A DNA stretch of 63,187 nt, filler included, from Lenisia limosa (Eukaryota > Protista > Breviatea): assembly GCA_001655205.1 (NCBI GenBank). It is 8 parts of 8 records of this genome, joined end to end, with 100 filler letters (N's around TTAATTAATTAA, not from the genome) between each part and the next. Parts side by side here need not be neighbours in the genome. Positions count along the whole stretch, not along the records: positions 11,557 to 24,665 come from LPNZ01001868.1; positions 24,766 to 32,669 come from LPNZ01007514.1; 6 more parts are not named here. One strand, 5' to 3'. A program made the position numbers and the translations under genes. Position 1 is the stretch's first letter. Each line of letters opens with the position of its first letter. This document shows positions 13,447 to 27,700 of this stretch, piece by piece. Under the pieces are notes generated by a model that saw only the letters and a list, made by a program, of their open reading frames with translations, searched no databases and was not told the DNA's origin.

Positions 13447-14068
13447 TCCTGAATTTGAGATTCGAGTTCATCACGGACGCGCGACAATTCAATCGATTCC
13501 AATGCTGACTGACGAAGATGATCTGCCACTTGGCTACAAGGATAAGGGCAAAACCCACGGTGCAAGGCGCTATGATGACAGTTTAATGTGTATGGAAAAG
13601 AGGAGCAAGGCTTACTTCATTGCAGTGGTGGCTTTGGAAACGGCTAAGACGCGCCGTTGGATTTTCTCATCATGTATCAAGCTTTCGCTGCTTCCAATGC
13701 GTTGAGGAAAGAACTTCTTAGGCGAACCAAAGGCCGAAGTGTCCAAATGCGAGATATCTTCTTCAAGATCGCTCATTGCTAACGGATGAGCTGGTATCCT
13801 TTGCCCGCCGGCTTTGAAAATGTTATATAAAGCAATTACAAAATGAACTCTGTTAGAAAAGGCCTTTTTTTTGAAGATTCCGCTCCTCGAACACATGCGA
13901 TCAATTAGATCATTAAACTGTGATCCTTGTGTACACCTTTACAAAACGTACATCAATTCATTGTTTATTATTGACCAAAGCATAGTCATATTAACACACG
14001 AATACGCGTACGCATTGCTTTGGGATGGTAATTCATCCGGAGGCAAGCATGAGAAACCTTCCTTATAA
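13447..14068 (+). pseudogene. Intronless, stop-interrupted coding-like segment (pseudogene or mobile-element relic; identity unknown)
   Basis: Less AT-rich than its flanks. Open stretches EFEIRVHHGRATIQSIPMLTDEDDLPLGYKDKGK...MR* and ...MYQAFAASNALRKELLRRTKGRSVQMRDIFFKIAHC* lie in different frames. The minus strand also has a 94-aa ORF, so the strand is uncertain. Confidence 0.25.
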
Positions 14069-14218
14069 GGAAGTAAGGAGACTTTTCACAGTTCCTGCGC
14101 TTTCCAAGCCTTTCCCCTGAAGAGTTAGTGTGAAGAAGAAAAGCAAAAAATTTCCTACTATAAGGGAGAGTAGAGTTGGGTTTGAGGATTTGAGAGGAAT
14201 ACCATCTGCTAGTGCAAT

Positions 14219-17200
14219 ATGAAGCTCCAGTTCGCGCTGTGGTTGTTTCTGTCAGGGCTTCTTCTTCTGCAAGCTTCAGGTTGGAATGGGATTATGATGA
14301 ACAATGTTGCTCGAGTCGAAGATTATTATCCTTTATTGCTGTAGCCCAAGAATGTCCGGAAACAGCTTCTATATGCGGAGGAGAATGCGTCTTCACCAAC
14401 AACGATCGCGAAAACTGGTTTGCTACAATAACGGCACAATTAATAACGAGCTTTTAAAAACTCTTGAGTTCCAAAAAGACTGATACAATACTTAATAGAT
14501 AGCTTATATCAAAGAAATAAGACCACACATCATTTCACTATTTCTTTTCATCATCTGTAAGTTTTACTGTTTCATCAGTTGTTTGGTTTTGTGAGAGGCA
14601 AATTACAAGCTCAGAAGAAATGAGCTGTCAAGGAAATCAAAAAACCTTGAGGATTTTCAAGAAATCCTTGATAGATTGCAATTTTACATGTGCCTTTAAG
14701 TACCTAAAGCTATATTTATAGAATAGTTATTGTGAATTTCGAGAATCTTCTAACGATATTTATCAAGCACTTATCAATTATTTATTTTCGTTTTACGCTT
14801 TAGTGGAGAATGTGGTCATCAATGCGGTCCCATTGAGCACTGTCTTGCCGGCATGTGTTTTGTCAGTTGCAATGCCGGGACTGAGCCTTGTGGAAATATG
14901 TCTGTGGGATTGGAATCAAGGACTTTTTGTAATTAATTGTTTGAAGAAAATATTTGAATTAAAAAAAAATTGAAATACAGTGATTGCCACAGAATATCTC
15001 TGTTTTGCAATATATTTTCCAATTAACTAGACGGACCTCTAGATACTACACAAGATACATTACCTCTATTGTTCAAAAAATTACAGTCGTTATGGTGTCG
15101 AGCTTCGGCTAGTAATACCTTTGTTTCATTTCCACATATTTGTGACTCATAAGGTACTAGATACAAGGGCTTCTTTTGTCCGAAACAGAAAGCAACAATA
15201 TCAATAGTCTGCGTTTTGAATCAAAGGGAATCGTTTGATCCAATCTTACTTCTGCAGATGCGTTGATCCAATGTTGTACCAAACTAGCAACGACAATTGT
15301 GGGGCCTGTGGTAAGGTCTGTGCACCCGATGCAGCCTGCAACCAAGGGCTCTGTGTCAAAGGTAATGATGCTGGTTTTGTGTCTACGATTTTATGGTGTT
15401 GGTTTTTTTATATGATATGCTATGTAATTAAACCGTGATAGTCTTATTAATGTGTTGACCAACAACTCGCTACATTCTCATTTCCCCATGTCCAGGCGCC
15501 ACGCCTCTCTGTGCGGACGGCCAGTCTCTTTGCAGCAATAAATGCGTAGACACTATTACTGACGTTGATAATTGGTTGGCAGGTTTTTGATAAAGTGTGT
15601 TAGAGAACAATCAACAGAGAACAATCACGAAAGAATGTGTGTTAGATAATCCCATAACTTCGGATTTCCATTCCCATGTAAATAATGGCAATCCCAATGT
15701 TTTCATCAGAATCCCAAATCAAAGGGGCGTAGTGAAAGGTTACTATTTTGAGCAATTATTTTGCATTCATCCATTAATCCACTCCAACGTTTGTTATTGC
15801 TTGTTGTTTTAGTTTTTTGGAGTTTTAAATGATTCGGTTTGTGATAAGAAAGTCTTTAGCAAACTTTCCTTCGTTTTAATCACCATAGCGGCTCCTGTGG
15901 TATTAAGTGCTATGATGGCTGGGAGTGTGTGAACGGTGCCTGTTCAAGTGGGTGGTATTTAATCCTGGATGGCATTTCATCCTGGGGGTTATCTAATGAT
16001 TTTACCTGACAAGGTGGAATTTTTCCCATTTTACAAGTGCCTGAAACAAGTTCTCATTACAATATTTCAAATATGTTTTGCTCTTATTCACTACGCTTTC
16101 ATAGTTGTGTCCAATTCGCACACATTTAGAGGAATCAAGTTCAAAAGTACCTTAATATTTACCTAAGCAGACCCCTGTTATAAAAATGGCAATAATAGAC
16201 ACTTACATCACATCGCAGTTCCGACCTTATGTGAACCTGACGAGATCCAATGTGGTACTCAATGTCTTCATGCCGACTCGTTCTTGACCGATGTTACCAA
16301 CTGCGGGTCCTGTGACTTGATTTGTGACAATGATCAAGTCTGCGCTTCCGGTGTTTGTGTTGATGGTAAGCAAGTTGGTTTGGTGTTTGGACTGATGGTA
16401 AGTTGATTAGTTTGTTGTGTTAGCGGTTCTTTTTGGACATGCCGATGATCGTGTTAGCTCGATAATGATTATATATCTACAGAAAGCTGTGTGTACATGG
16501 AGTGGGATTAATAGCATATTATAATCCCTTATTAGTGTGATAATGTGATAGTGTGATAGTGTGATGGTATGATGGTGTGATGGTGTGATAGTGTGGATTG
16601 TTTCGGTCAGATACTTGACTTTATCATCATATGACCGACTTGTAAGAAAATAACACGAGGGTTGTAAACATGGTGTTGCAGGTAACGATGGGTTCCTAAC
16701 AGTATGTTATTATATTAGTCTTTATTGTCCTGTTGCCAATCATATAACCAAAACTTTTCTACTATTACATAACAGTAAACCATCGATATTTACCTTGAAT
16801 TAAATGAGAAATTCATCTTTAGAGAACCGATCTTATAATGCCTTTCAGAGGGAGCAGAAACCGAAAGTTGCAGCAATGGACTCGTGAAATGTAACAATCG
16901 TTGTGTTGGTGTCAAAAACGACCCATTAAACTGGTGGGGATTGGGCTTCATTTTGGTCTTTAAAACAACTGAATAGACTATTTTGATCCAAGTCGATAAC
17001 CGGGGAAAACTTTCATAGCTAGTTATCTGAATACAATAGAAATGAAAGGGATTAAAATTGGTTTAGGTTAAAGTAGATTTCACCTATAATTCAAGCATTT
17101 TCCTAGTGCTTCCCTTCGATTAGGAAAAAGACAGGCGGTAATGATTTATCGAGATCAGAAATTCAGTCATTCTGGATCGGAGAAAAAATCTTCATTCACC

Positions 17201-20200
17201 AATTGCAGCGGTGGATGCGAAGTGGAATGCGGGATCACTGAACACTGTATCAACTCGTTCTGCGCATCTAAGTGCCTGGCTGGCATGGAGTCTTGTGGTG
17301 ATATGTGGGTGGGGATTGTTGCATGAAAGTTTGATGATGTGTTTCGAACAATTTCAACCTTGACTATTGCATGACAGCCAATTATAACGTCCTAGCTGTG
17401 TACTGCCAAGAGAGTACCGAAATGACCCTCTCAATTGTGGCGAATGTGGCAATGTGTGTGCAGCAGGGGCCTCCTGCGAGGACTTTGTTTGTAGTATGAT
17501 GGGATTTTGAAACCCTCCCCCCTCCTCCACACTACCTGTATACTACCCCATATTTTGGTCAAAACTATTCAATAAACTCAATCTGGGAGAAAAAGAAATA
17601 CATATTAATAATCTATAAGTCTTCTGCCATGTTTTTTTAGTCCATATAAATGATCTATAATCCAGAAGTCCGTATTATTGATCACTAACCTACGTTTCTG
17701 ATCTTTGATCCTCACCTCTAGTCCCATGATAAATAGTAATTGTGATCCAGTTTTCTTTTTTAGTTTACAAGTCTAACTTCAACTCTTTCTCTTCCATTCT
17801 CGTTTTTGATAATTTGATCTTTCAACATCCCTTCAACATAAAACTCCTATTTTGCAAGTCCACAATCAAGTCCTATTAAGAGGGATAATAGAATGGCCAA
17901 GTCCCCCGTGAACTCGATATATAATACATATCATATAGTTATATATATCTGTTATTGACACACTTCTGCATTTGCAAACTGATTTGTTTTGTAATGTTAA
18001 AAACACATAGGGATAATACATAGGGATATCATAAAACACAGTGCCATAATTCGTACCTTCACACCAAGTCATTATCAAAATTTCTAATTTCACCCCATCC
18101 CAGGGTGCCCTCAAGGCTATATGTCATGCGATGACACATGCAAACCCTTGACATTTTTCCTGACAAGCCCCGACAATTGCGGAGGGTGCGACAGAAAGTG
18201 CGAAAGCCGTCTGTGCGTTTCAGGTCACTGTGGTGGGTTGGAGCCCCATCTAAATGAATTGATTTCTGTTTTTAAAATAGTATTACAACTCGTATTTTTT
18301 TACTCAAACCAATTAAATCACAAGGAAAAATTTTGGGGGACTTCCTTTGTTATCGTGGTTTGGACATTTTTAACAGAAATTTCCTTTAAAAACAAACTTT
18401 TTAAAAAACAAAGTTGTTCTTCACTTCTATTTTACTATTTTTTTAGCTTTTGTATTATTAACTTGTTCCATAATAATAATAACCATACACATATAATTGT
18501 ATATGTATCTCGATATACTCTTTTAAGTCATTTGATCAATAATAATTACTGACCCATCCCTCCACAGAACCAATGGAGCCTGTTGAATCCGTCCCTTCTG
18601 AGGAGGAAACCACCGAAATACCCCCAGAAAACCCTGAAACCCCAGAAGTTTCAGATGAACTCGAGCCGTCTGAGTCGGAGGTCGAGCCAACCAGTTTGAG
18701 TGGTTATGCCATGTTGATTTTTTGGTATTTCAAGAGAGAATGAAACTGTTATGATATAACCCTAGTAGACATCATCATCATTATCATTCTTATCACCCAT
18801 CATCACCCCTCCACCATAATTATCATCATTCTTATCACCAACATCAGAGCCATCATCATCATTATCATCATTCTTATCACCAACATCAGCCATCATCATC
18901 TTTAGTTCCATCAGAGCCCTCAGAGCCCTCAGATATCGACAGCGGCATGATACCGGTGGAAAGTTCCCAATGTGCCGTGGTGGAAGCGACCACTATGGGT
19001 ATCCATAAGGGTAGGTAGGAAAAGTAAATTGTCATAAGGGTTGGACAAGTGAATGGATACGGGGCCAAATCCACCTCTTGTTACTATATATCTCCAAATG
19101 TTTGGACTCGTTTCAATTAATTGAAAAACTTGGCAAAATGTGAAGTGAGACACGATGTAATGTGAACTCAATTTCAGACATTCATTTCAATTAGTTTTGT
19201 AATTTTTTCAAAAACAATAATTGCATTGAGTGCTACTAAATATCAATAACCGCCCCCTCAGGCACGACATTAGGCTTGGAAAGTGGCTTGAAAGGAGGAG
19301 ACGTTCACATTGTCATTCTTCAACAGCAGCTGGACCAGGCTTCCATTGTTGCCATTTCAATCCAGCATCAAGTATACGGGGATTCATGAATACTACACCA
19401 TGGTGACTTGGGATTCTTATAAACACTACTACACATTGATTTGGTATTCTTATGAAAGGTTGGGATTCCTATTAATTTTATTGGCATATCATGTAATTAT
19501 TTTCATTCATTGCCCCAATACCTTTATTTATTGCCATTTAGACAAAGGGTCAATGTAGCTGGCCTAACAACCCCGATTGGATAAAGTCGTTCATTGAAAG
19601 TTCTTGCATGTGAGTGAACAAACGAATAGTGAAACCATCCGGAGAATAGAAACAAAAGTGTCAGGATTCTCTAATATTACGATTATGGGAAGTTGTTGCT
19701 TCCAGGGGTTACTGTTTGGTGACTAAAATTTAAAGGGATGGGATGAAATTTTGGTGTTTACATTATTGTGTAGTATATGTGTATGTGTTGACAATAAGGA
19801 GAATGCGTGAAAGAAAAACCACCTCATAATCTTTTCCCTTTTTGCGTTTCAGATCGTATCTATTATTATTGCATTTTAATACTCTTTTAGGTGGCGTTTG
19901 GAGATTTCTATTCCGTTTATGGACTTCCTTGGTGAGTCTTGTACCCGCATGTAAACAAGAAGATACATATGATCAAATCTGGTTTACCATGACACCACAA
20001 TCATAAAATGTTACAAGTAACTATTTAGCCAATTGTCAATTGGACAGTACGGCCACTCCTGATGGGTCGATATACAGTGGAAGTATCCAGGTTGGTGTGT
20101 TGTGTTGTTTTCTCTATTATTTGGAATGTAAAATTATCCTTGTTTCATCTTGTGTTGGATATTTTCATCTTGTGTTTGGGATGTGTAATTGTGGCTTTAT

Positions 20201-23200
20201 TTTTGGACACATGCAAAATTCAAAAATTCACTCTCATTAAATACACGAAGCCCAATGTTTGTAAAAGTCACCAACATAGGTAATCACACAAGTTGCAAAA
20301 CCTGCCTTCACACAAAAAGTTGGTCATATATATTTTGGGTGAATGTAGCAGAATTTTGTGACTTTTCTGTTTCATTACTGTTCCCATTGCACCCTACCCG
20401 CTTCGGGAAGGAGGATAAGATAAATTTTATTAATGTTTCCATAATAAAATTTCATAAATGTTTCCATTTTACCCACACCATCATATAGGTATATTTACCA
20501 TCAATCCAATATCTCTTAAAAACGTGATGGTGTGGACGGAGGTCGAGTCGAGGCTTCGGCCAGATACTACCATATTTTTGTATTTCTCATTGCTAGGTAT
20601 ATTCACCATCAAGGTTGATATAGTCCTGCCTTTCAGTTTGTTTGTTCCCTCCGACAACCCTCTCAACCAGGACGGCTCAGTGTGGATGGCGGGAAATACC
20701 GCAGGATTCCCTATTCAAGTGAGGGCAATACCCCGGGGCGGACTTGCTATTGTTGTAATACCCTCTTGCTAATACTATATACCCTATGCTTAATGCTAAT
20801 ACACCCAGGGCTGGCTGACGGCGAAGGCCTGGGACTACGGCACGGGACAGGGTTCGGCAAGCTTCATGACCAAAGTCGACTGGCCACACCGGGTGTCTCT
20901 GGCCACTGTGGATGTTTTAGTGGGGACTGGGGTGAATTTATACAATTAATAAATGTGAGGAGGGGGAATTGAGTGACTGTGGAGTGGGTAAAAATATTGA
21001 TTTAATACTTATACGTGTTAGTGTGGACGGCTTAGGCCCTCTTGTATATGCAGATATACTTATTTTAATATGGGTATCATACAAGTGGCAATCTACTCTG
21101 ACTAGAAATTCACTTCGGTTCGAAAAATACTGGTAAAATATCGATAATTTTTGAGGATTTATCGGTAAATTCAGTCTTTTTTCGAATCGAAGTGAAGCCC
21201 TATGACATTTTAGACTCCTGAAGGAATTATCTCAAAAGCCGTTGAGATGGTGGAACTGGAGGACTGTACCAATATGGTGAGTAGAGGACTGTACCAATAT
21301 GGTTGTGCTGAGGGGACTTGTTTGAGGACAAAATGATCGGATGAATTAATATTCAAAATATCAAATAAGCGTGACGATGTGGACGGCTTCGGCCAGATAC
21401 AACCCTGTTTTATTTGTCATCTAGTAACACAGATATATAGGTATTCAAAAGCCTCACTTACCCAACTAGGGGCCTTGTCAACAGTTCTTCGACATCTCCA
21501 TTGACCCCCAGGAAGTGTGTAACGTATCAGGTGCGTAGTCTGATCTGGCTTAAACTAGCACATTAATATTACTATATTTGACCAGTTCGGGGTCTGTTTT
21601 GCAAATAATAAGACAATATATTGAATAGCATTGCACGATATTTATGTACACATAGGTTACCCCAGGTTCCTTTACTTCTCTCCAGGCTTTTACACGCTAA
21701 AACTTCACGCTTCTTGTCGCGATGAAACAGACCCCGGATGTAGCCCAGGTGCAGCCGAACTGGTGTCAAAAATAATTTGTGATTCTAATATGTTGGTGGA
21801 GAAGGGGTTGAAGAGAGTAAAGGTTATCCACTCGTGTGATATTTCACTGAAGCGTTTCAATGATACTCTGATGTAATCAAGATGAACCATTTCACTTTAC
21901 ACTAACTCCGCAGTTGCACTGAAATGCAAATGATTGGTCACGTGACAGTTGATATCAACCCGCTCAATACTGAAGTTTTCAGGGTGGGTCCATTCTAGGG
22001 AGTGAGATTGAAGATATTGTTTATGAAAATAAGGCCCAAAATCAACTTTTAAATGTGGGGAAGCACACAAAAAGTTGTGTGTAACAAGTTGTAAAACAAA
22101 TCTTTGGGTGAATTAATATAAACCTATTTATCCAAAATCTCATAGACAAACAGATTCGACTAGGTACTACCTATTTCATATTTCCCCTTTCTAATGATAA
22201 TGTAAGGGCTTTCACTAATTCGAAGTAATAATGACGATGTAGAACGACACAATTGCAGAGTTCCAAATAGAAGTTGAAAGTGAAGACGTGGACGTTTACG
22301 AATACAGCGTACAGAAGGTCTACATCATCAACTCCGCGAACACTCACAAGGTCTGTTTCTGATTTTGACTCCTCAAATACAATCATCAGATATGCTGTGA
22401 ACTCACGACATAAAAGGTGTCTTGAATAACAATAATTCACACAATTGAAAATAGCAAAACTATTATCAAAATCACTACGGCTGCGTATCAATTTGAATCC
22501 TTATGAAAAAGGGATTCATTTTCCCATTAAAATCCCATTCGAATACATGTAACAATATTTGGAAACCTGCGCTTGTTTTAGAATTCCTAAATGCTAATTG
22601 GGAATCCCAAGTCAACGAATTATAGTGCTTGAAGGTTAAATTGAATTTCCATTCACTACGACACATTGACGATGCTTTCGAAAACGATGTGATTCCACTA
22701 TTCATGTTGGAATAATATGATGCTAACTTTATATAGTTTTATGTAAATCCGAAGAAATATGTATAATTATACATGTATATGCATATGTATGGGATTCCTG
22801 AATACTATATACTCTATCGGAATTCCAAATCGAATCACCGAAGTGTTCCTTTGTTGTTAATTCTCACGTTTTCAGGTGCTTTACGAGTCTCTTTCCCCCA
22901 CAAGCCTAGGAGTGGCCAATTCCTTCTTCATCAAACGTTTGCAAGAAATGGGAAGATAATATCACCACCTCTAACTAGTCACGTTCTTCAATTATTTTGT
23001 GTTGTCTCAGGGTTTTTTCTTCTGTTCTCAAATCAGCAACATAATTTCACCACCCACCCCCACTTCAAACTTTTTCTCAAATACAAAATAGTATTTCACC
23101 ACCATCCCCCAGCGGCCCAAACAAGAACAAAGGAAAATGGCATTAAGGTGTCAACAATGAATCTCGGATTCCTGTAGGAAGGGGGCTATGTCGTGATGTC

Positions 23201-24665
23201 ATGGAAATTAGTTGCTTGTTGAGGGTTTGGTGTGTCTAGGATTGTTACTTTCTTGGTGAATATTGCATTGTTAGATTTTTGGTGTAGTATATTAGATTGT
23301 TATATTTTGGGATATTTTTATTTGAATCTGAAAATGGGATGGGTTAACATTCCAAAATACACCAATTCACATACATTATCTTCAAGGATTACCGTGGGTA
23401 CTCTGCCGACTCAAATTCTCCTCCCAAGCGTCCACCCAACCCAGGTATGTTAACCCATATCTACTAGTGATATGATCATATGACCGACTTTAGAAATGAT
23501 AAACAAAGATAACATGAGGGTTCATCCAAACTTCAATTTCTTACGCCTTCTAGAGCTTTATAATGAACGTGGAGATTCACATGAAGTTCCACGGGGGAAA
23601 TCGGCAGTTTAGCTTTAGTGAGGGGAACTGTATTTGAGAGAAAGAAGTGAATTTAATAATGAGGGAACAAATAAATACACAGGGATGCCGGATACATTAA
23701 TACGTGAGGACATCCATTCCGAAACAGCCGGTTTTAGTGGAGAGCAACTTAGGATTCCCATGTTATGAGGCCAATTATTGGGTGAGGAATTATTATACTA
23801 TCATCCCATATGTCTAATAATGTTGTGAACGATTAAAACCTGATACCTCTTTGTGTAGGATATACACATAACCAAGCAGGCACGGACGAACAGAGTGAGT
23901 ACACCGCTATGACAACTGCTGACTTCTACGCCTTTTCATCTACCGATATTTGTGGGGATGATTACGTCAACCCTTGCCTTGGTATGGTGGATGTGATGTG
24001 ATAGTGGCAACATAAGTGTAAATATTACAGCAATACAGGTGTATTTCATCTGTTAAGTAATTTCTACCTGCCTTGGTGGGGGGTGGGGGTGGGATAAAAG
24101 TTCAAAAAGTACTAGAGATTCACCTGTTAAATAGAGTGCAAAAGGTACTGACATTTCCCATAGAATACAACGGGGGATGCGACCAGACCAACGGACTGTG
24201 CACACCCTTGTCCTGCAATACCAATGATGTGAGATTATGACAAGTTTCTTTGTGCCCTTTTTGAATTTTCACCCTCAAGATAAATATGTATTTCATTTTT
24301 TACGGTATTGCAGAAGCAACTGGCCTGAACTTCATTTGTTTTGTTGTTTTCAGCGTTGAAGTTTTATGTTTCAAAAATGTTCTGACCCTTCAGGTTGTCT
24401 GTTCGGCATGCACCGAAATAGACATTAACAACGGCGTCTGTGGCACACACGGCCCCGATATTAATGATGGTTGGTAGTGTTGGTGATATGATGGTACTGG
24501 TTTTGGTGAGTGATATTGTCTGTTTAAAACATCTTAATAAATCCACCTTTCGTTATAACTATCCCCACACAACCCCCAAGGATGGAATAGTTATACCCCC
24601 AGGTTTTACCACCATCGAAGCAGTGGCAATAGGAGCTGGTGTTGCTGCGCCGGCTGCCATACTTG
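14219..24665 (+). CDS. Secreted or type-I membrane Cys-rich protein: signal peptide, 7 STIG1-like DxxNCGxC repeats, Glu/Pro linker, beta-rich region, EGF-like module, start of a TM helix
   Basis: MKLQFALWLFLSGLLLLQAS|AQECP. Repeats: DRENCGEC, SNDNCGAC, DVDNCGSC, DVTNCGSC, DPLNCGGC, DPLNCGEC, SPDNCGGC. Linker EPMEPVESVPSEEETTEIPPENPETPE. Later exons NPCL|EYNGGCDQTNGLCTPLSC and GFTTIEAVAIGAGVAAPAAIL up to the spacer. Joins between ~19400 and ~23400 are only partly resolved. Confidence 0.85.
21103..21202. mobile_element. Family A MITE copy
   Basis: TA..TTCACTTCGGTTCGAAAAA...TTTTTCGAATCGAAGTGAAGCCC|TA. Confidence 0.8.
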
Positions 24666-24789
24666 NNNNNNNNNNNNNNNNNNNNNNNNNNNNNNNNNNN
24701 NNNNNNNNNTTAATTAATTAANNNNNNNNNNNNNNNNNNNNNNNNNNNNNNNNNNNNNNNNNNNNCATATAATGCAACATGAGGAACCC

Positions 24790-27700
24790 CAATCATCCTT
24801 CTGAAAAGCAAGTCCTTTGCGGTCGAAGGTTTCATCAAGAAACGGCCTTTTTGTGTCCTTAAGTGGTCTGGTCTTCAGATTGGATTCGAGCAATTCTTCT
24901 TATCTTTCTGTAGTTAGAATCTCTTCACCTCCAATCACCTTCCATCTGTTCATANNNNNNNNNNNNNNNNNNNNNNNNNNNNNNNNNNNNNNNNNNNNNN
25001 NNNNNNNNNNNNNNNNNNNNNNNNNNNNNNNNNNNNNNNNNNNNNNNNNNNNNNNNNNNNNNNNNTATTGTGGAATTTTGTATTTATGGAGTTTTTGTTT
25101 GAATGTGGCCAAATTGCTTATCTTGAATTATACTTTAAGAGGAATAATCAGAGACACGTGTTAAGTGATAGCCCCGTGGAATTCTTAGAACGACATAAAT
25201 AATATACAGGCAATCATTTCATTTTCATACTAAACACCAGAAGACCTAAACCGTAAAAAAGCAAGTGTGATGTAATCGCATCCCAATCAGCGAAAGTGTT
25301 GAACCCCCCTCCTCCCACCTATCGCTTCTGTCTTTTAAATTGGGAGAGGTCCACAATCTATATGAAGATTATTCACAAAAAGAAAAGCAGTCAACGCAAC
25401 TCTAAATGTGCGACATATTTTAATGGTAACTCAATTTTTAATTTCAAATTTTCAATTAATTTCTTCAACAAGTTAACGGAACCCTACATACCCACCAAGT
25501 TTATCATATGAAGCTGAGGAATTAAAATAAACATAAGAATCAGTCAAAGCGGTAGGAAACCAAAGAGCGAGAGAGAGAACGAGAGAGAGAGGGCACTTCC
25601 CTTCACCAACAATGATACACCCACCACCTGCTGCGGTAAGACCTGTCGTCTCAGCGGACGGGTGACTGGGCCTCTGAGCATAGTGGGCTTGGTAGGCACT
25701 ACCGGTAATAGGGGTGGAGTCGGCATAAGAACGTTCTCCACGGCCTGGGGGGGGGGGGGTAAAATNNNNNNNNNNNNNNNNNNNNNNNNNNNNNNNNNNN
25801 NNNNNNNNNNNNNNNNNNNNNNNNNNNNNNNNNNNNNNNNNNNNNNTGTTGGCTGACACGAGGGTTGATAATAACAAAGAAAACCAAGGTATAACACAAA
25901 CAAGGGCGGAATACAACGTGGGGGTGAGGTGTCCCTCCCCATGTGGGATAATTTCAGTTCAGTTCACCACCGACCGTGATGTCCAACATTGGGACGACCA
26001 CTTCTATTTCATCAGGATCTTCTCCAGGGATCTGAGGGGTAAGAGAAAATATGTTTATTGATAAGGCGCTTAAAACAATATGGCAAATTGGAGTACCTAC
26101 TCCTTTTGAAAAATAAACGCAAAACAAAACCATATTGAAGCCTACTGTGGGGTTTGGCAGATTTCGATAGGCGAACATGTCTCTCCTCTCCTCCTCAATG
26201 ACCTCGGGGTGACAAAAGGCCGACCTGGTGTTCTCCACAATAGGCTGTGCATCAGGCATATCTTCCTCAGGACCGAAAAATTGGCTTGAAGGGTGAGACT
26301 TGTTGAACTTGTGTGGAGTACACAAAAGTCCCTTTCTCCACTCCCGGCTTGCACCCGTTCCCCTCATCCACCTTCCCACTCAGTCGTCAAGGTGCTCTTC
26401 CATGAAGGCGGCTCAATGAAGCGCGGGATAAAGACACAGAGATCCTCGGGAGCTGAAATGGGGAATTGCTTGGGCTGGGGGGGGGGGGNNNNNNNNNNNN
26501 NNNNNNNNNNNNNNNNNNNNNNNNNNNNNNNNNNNNNNNNNNNNNNNNNNNNNNNNNNNNNNNNNNNNNNNNNNNNNNNNACAAATTTGTTTCAATTATT
26601 TGCCAAAAGAGAATTGAATGTGTTTACTTGATTTACCACTTTCGAATTCACGCTCGGACCACTTTTAGTGGGAGACAAACACGAAAGAAATGCTGTTGAT
26701 TAACACGGAACCAAGAATTTGGAGCCTTTTTCTCACAAAAAGTTCTTGAAGTGAGAAATGAAACATAGCGTTTTGCGTTTACACTGCAGCCCATTATTTG
26801 CGGAATACCACATTTTCCAATCTTCGTCATTCGTACTGGAAGACACTTTCATGCAACTTTGTGCGTGGAGCATCCGCAATGCTCGCAACAACCTCCATCA
26901 AATTTCATAGCCACTTCCGTTCAAAAAAGACCGGTAAAATATCGAATCAACTCTGTTAGCTGACAAGACACAAGGGTTGATAACAACAAAACAAAAACAA
27001 AGCCCAGACCAGTCGCTTCGTGGATGAAGTGGTGGCAGAGAACGTACACAATAGACAGGATAGCAACTCTTTTACTTGAATATTAAAAACAAATTTCAGT
27101 ACTTTATGATATCTATCTCAATGTTTTCAGGAGGGAGGGGGAAACAAACACATCCAACTCAGATCAAAGAACACAAGCTTCTTCTGTTGGGTCAATTAAA
27201 GGGGGGGGGGGGACCAAATCACTTAGGTTTTAAACGATATTCACTTAATTAAGCCTACATGCAGTTGGATGTTCTTGATGAAAAGGCTCTGGTCAAAGTT
27301 TGTTGTTTTGTACCACTTTTCAAGACTGTCAACAAAGTGTGGCAACCTACAAGCGGTAATTCGATTGTCCAGTCATCAATTTGACCCTGGTTACTTCCCG
27401 ACACCTACCTGATTTTGATATCTGTAGAATAGGGGAAGACGCTGGTGGGATCTTCCAGGCTAAAGAAGTAGCTACAGGGTAAGGCGAGTGTTCCCTCCAA
27501 TTAGGTTTATAATATCACAATTGCAGTAATTATAATCAATTTCCTCCTCATCGCATTTTGAAGAGAATGGGATGCAATGGTTATCTTGGCTTTAATTGTT
27601 TCTTCATGCCAGTTATTAACCTATACTACTTAGTATCAAATACAATATGACCACCAAGCTCCACTCACTCGAAAAAAGCCCTTCGGATTTCGGGGGTGAA

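Noticed and set aside
22171-22705. Two minus-strand ORFs suggesting an inserted frameshifted gene
   Set aside because: Part of the region reads as a plus-strand GT-AG exon (EFQIEVESEDVDVYEYSVQKVYIINSANTHK) of the surrounding gene, and the minus-strand peptides show no recognisable motif.
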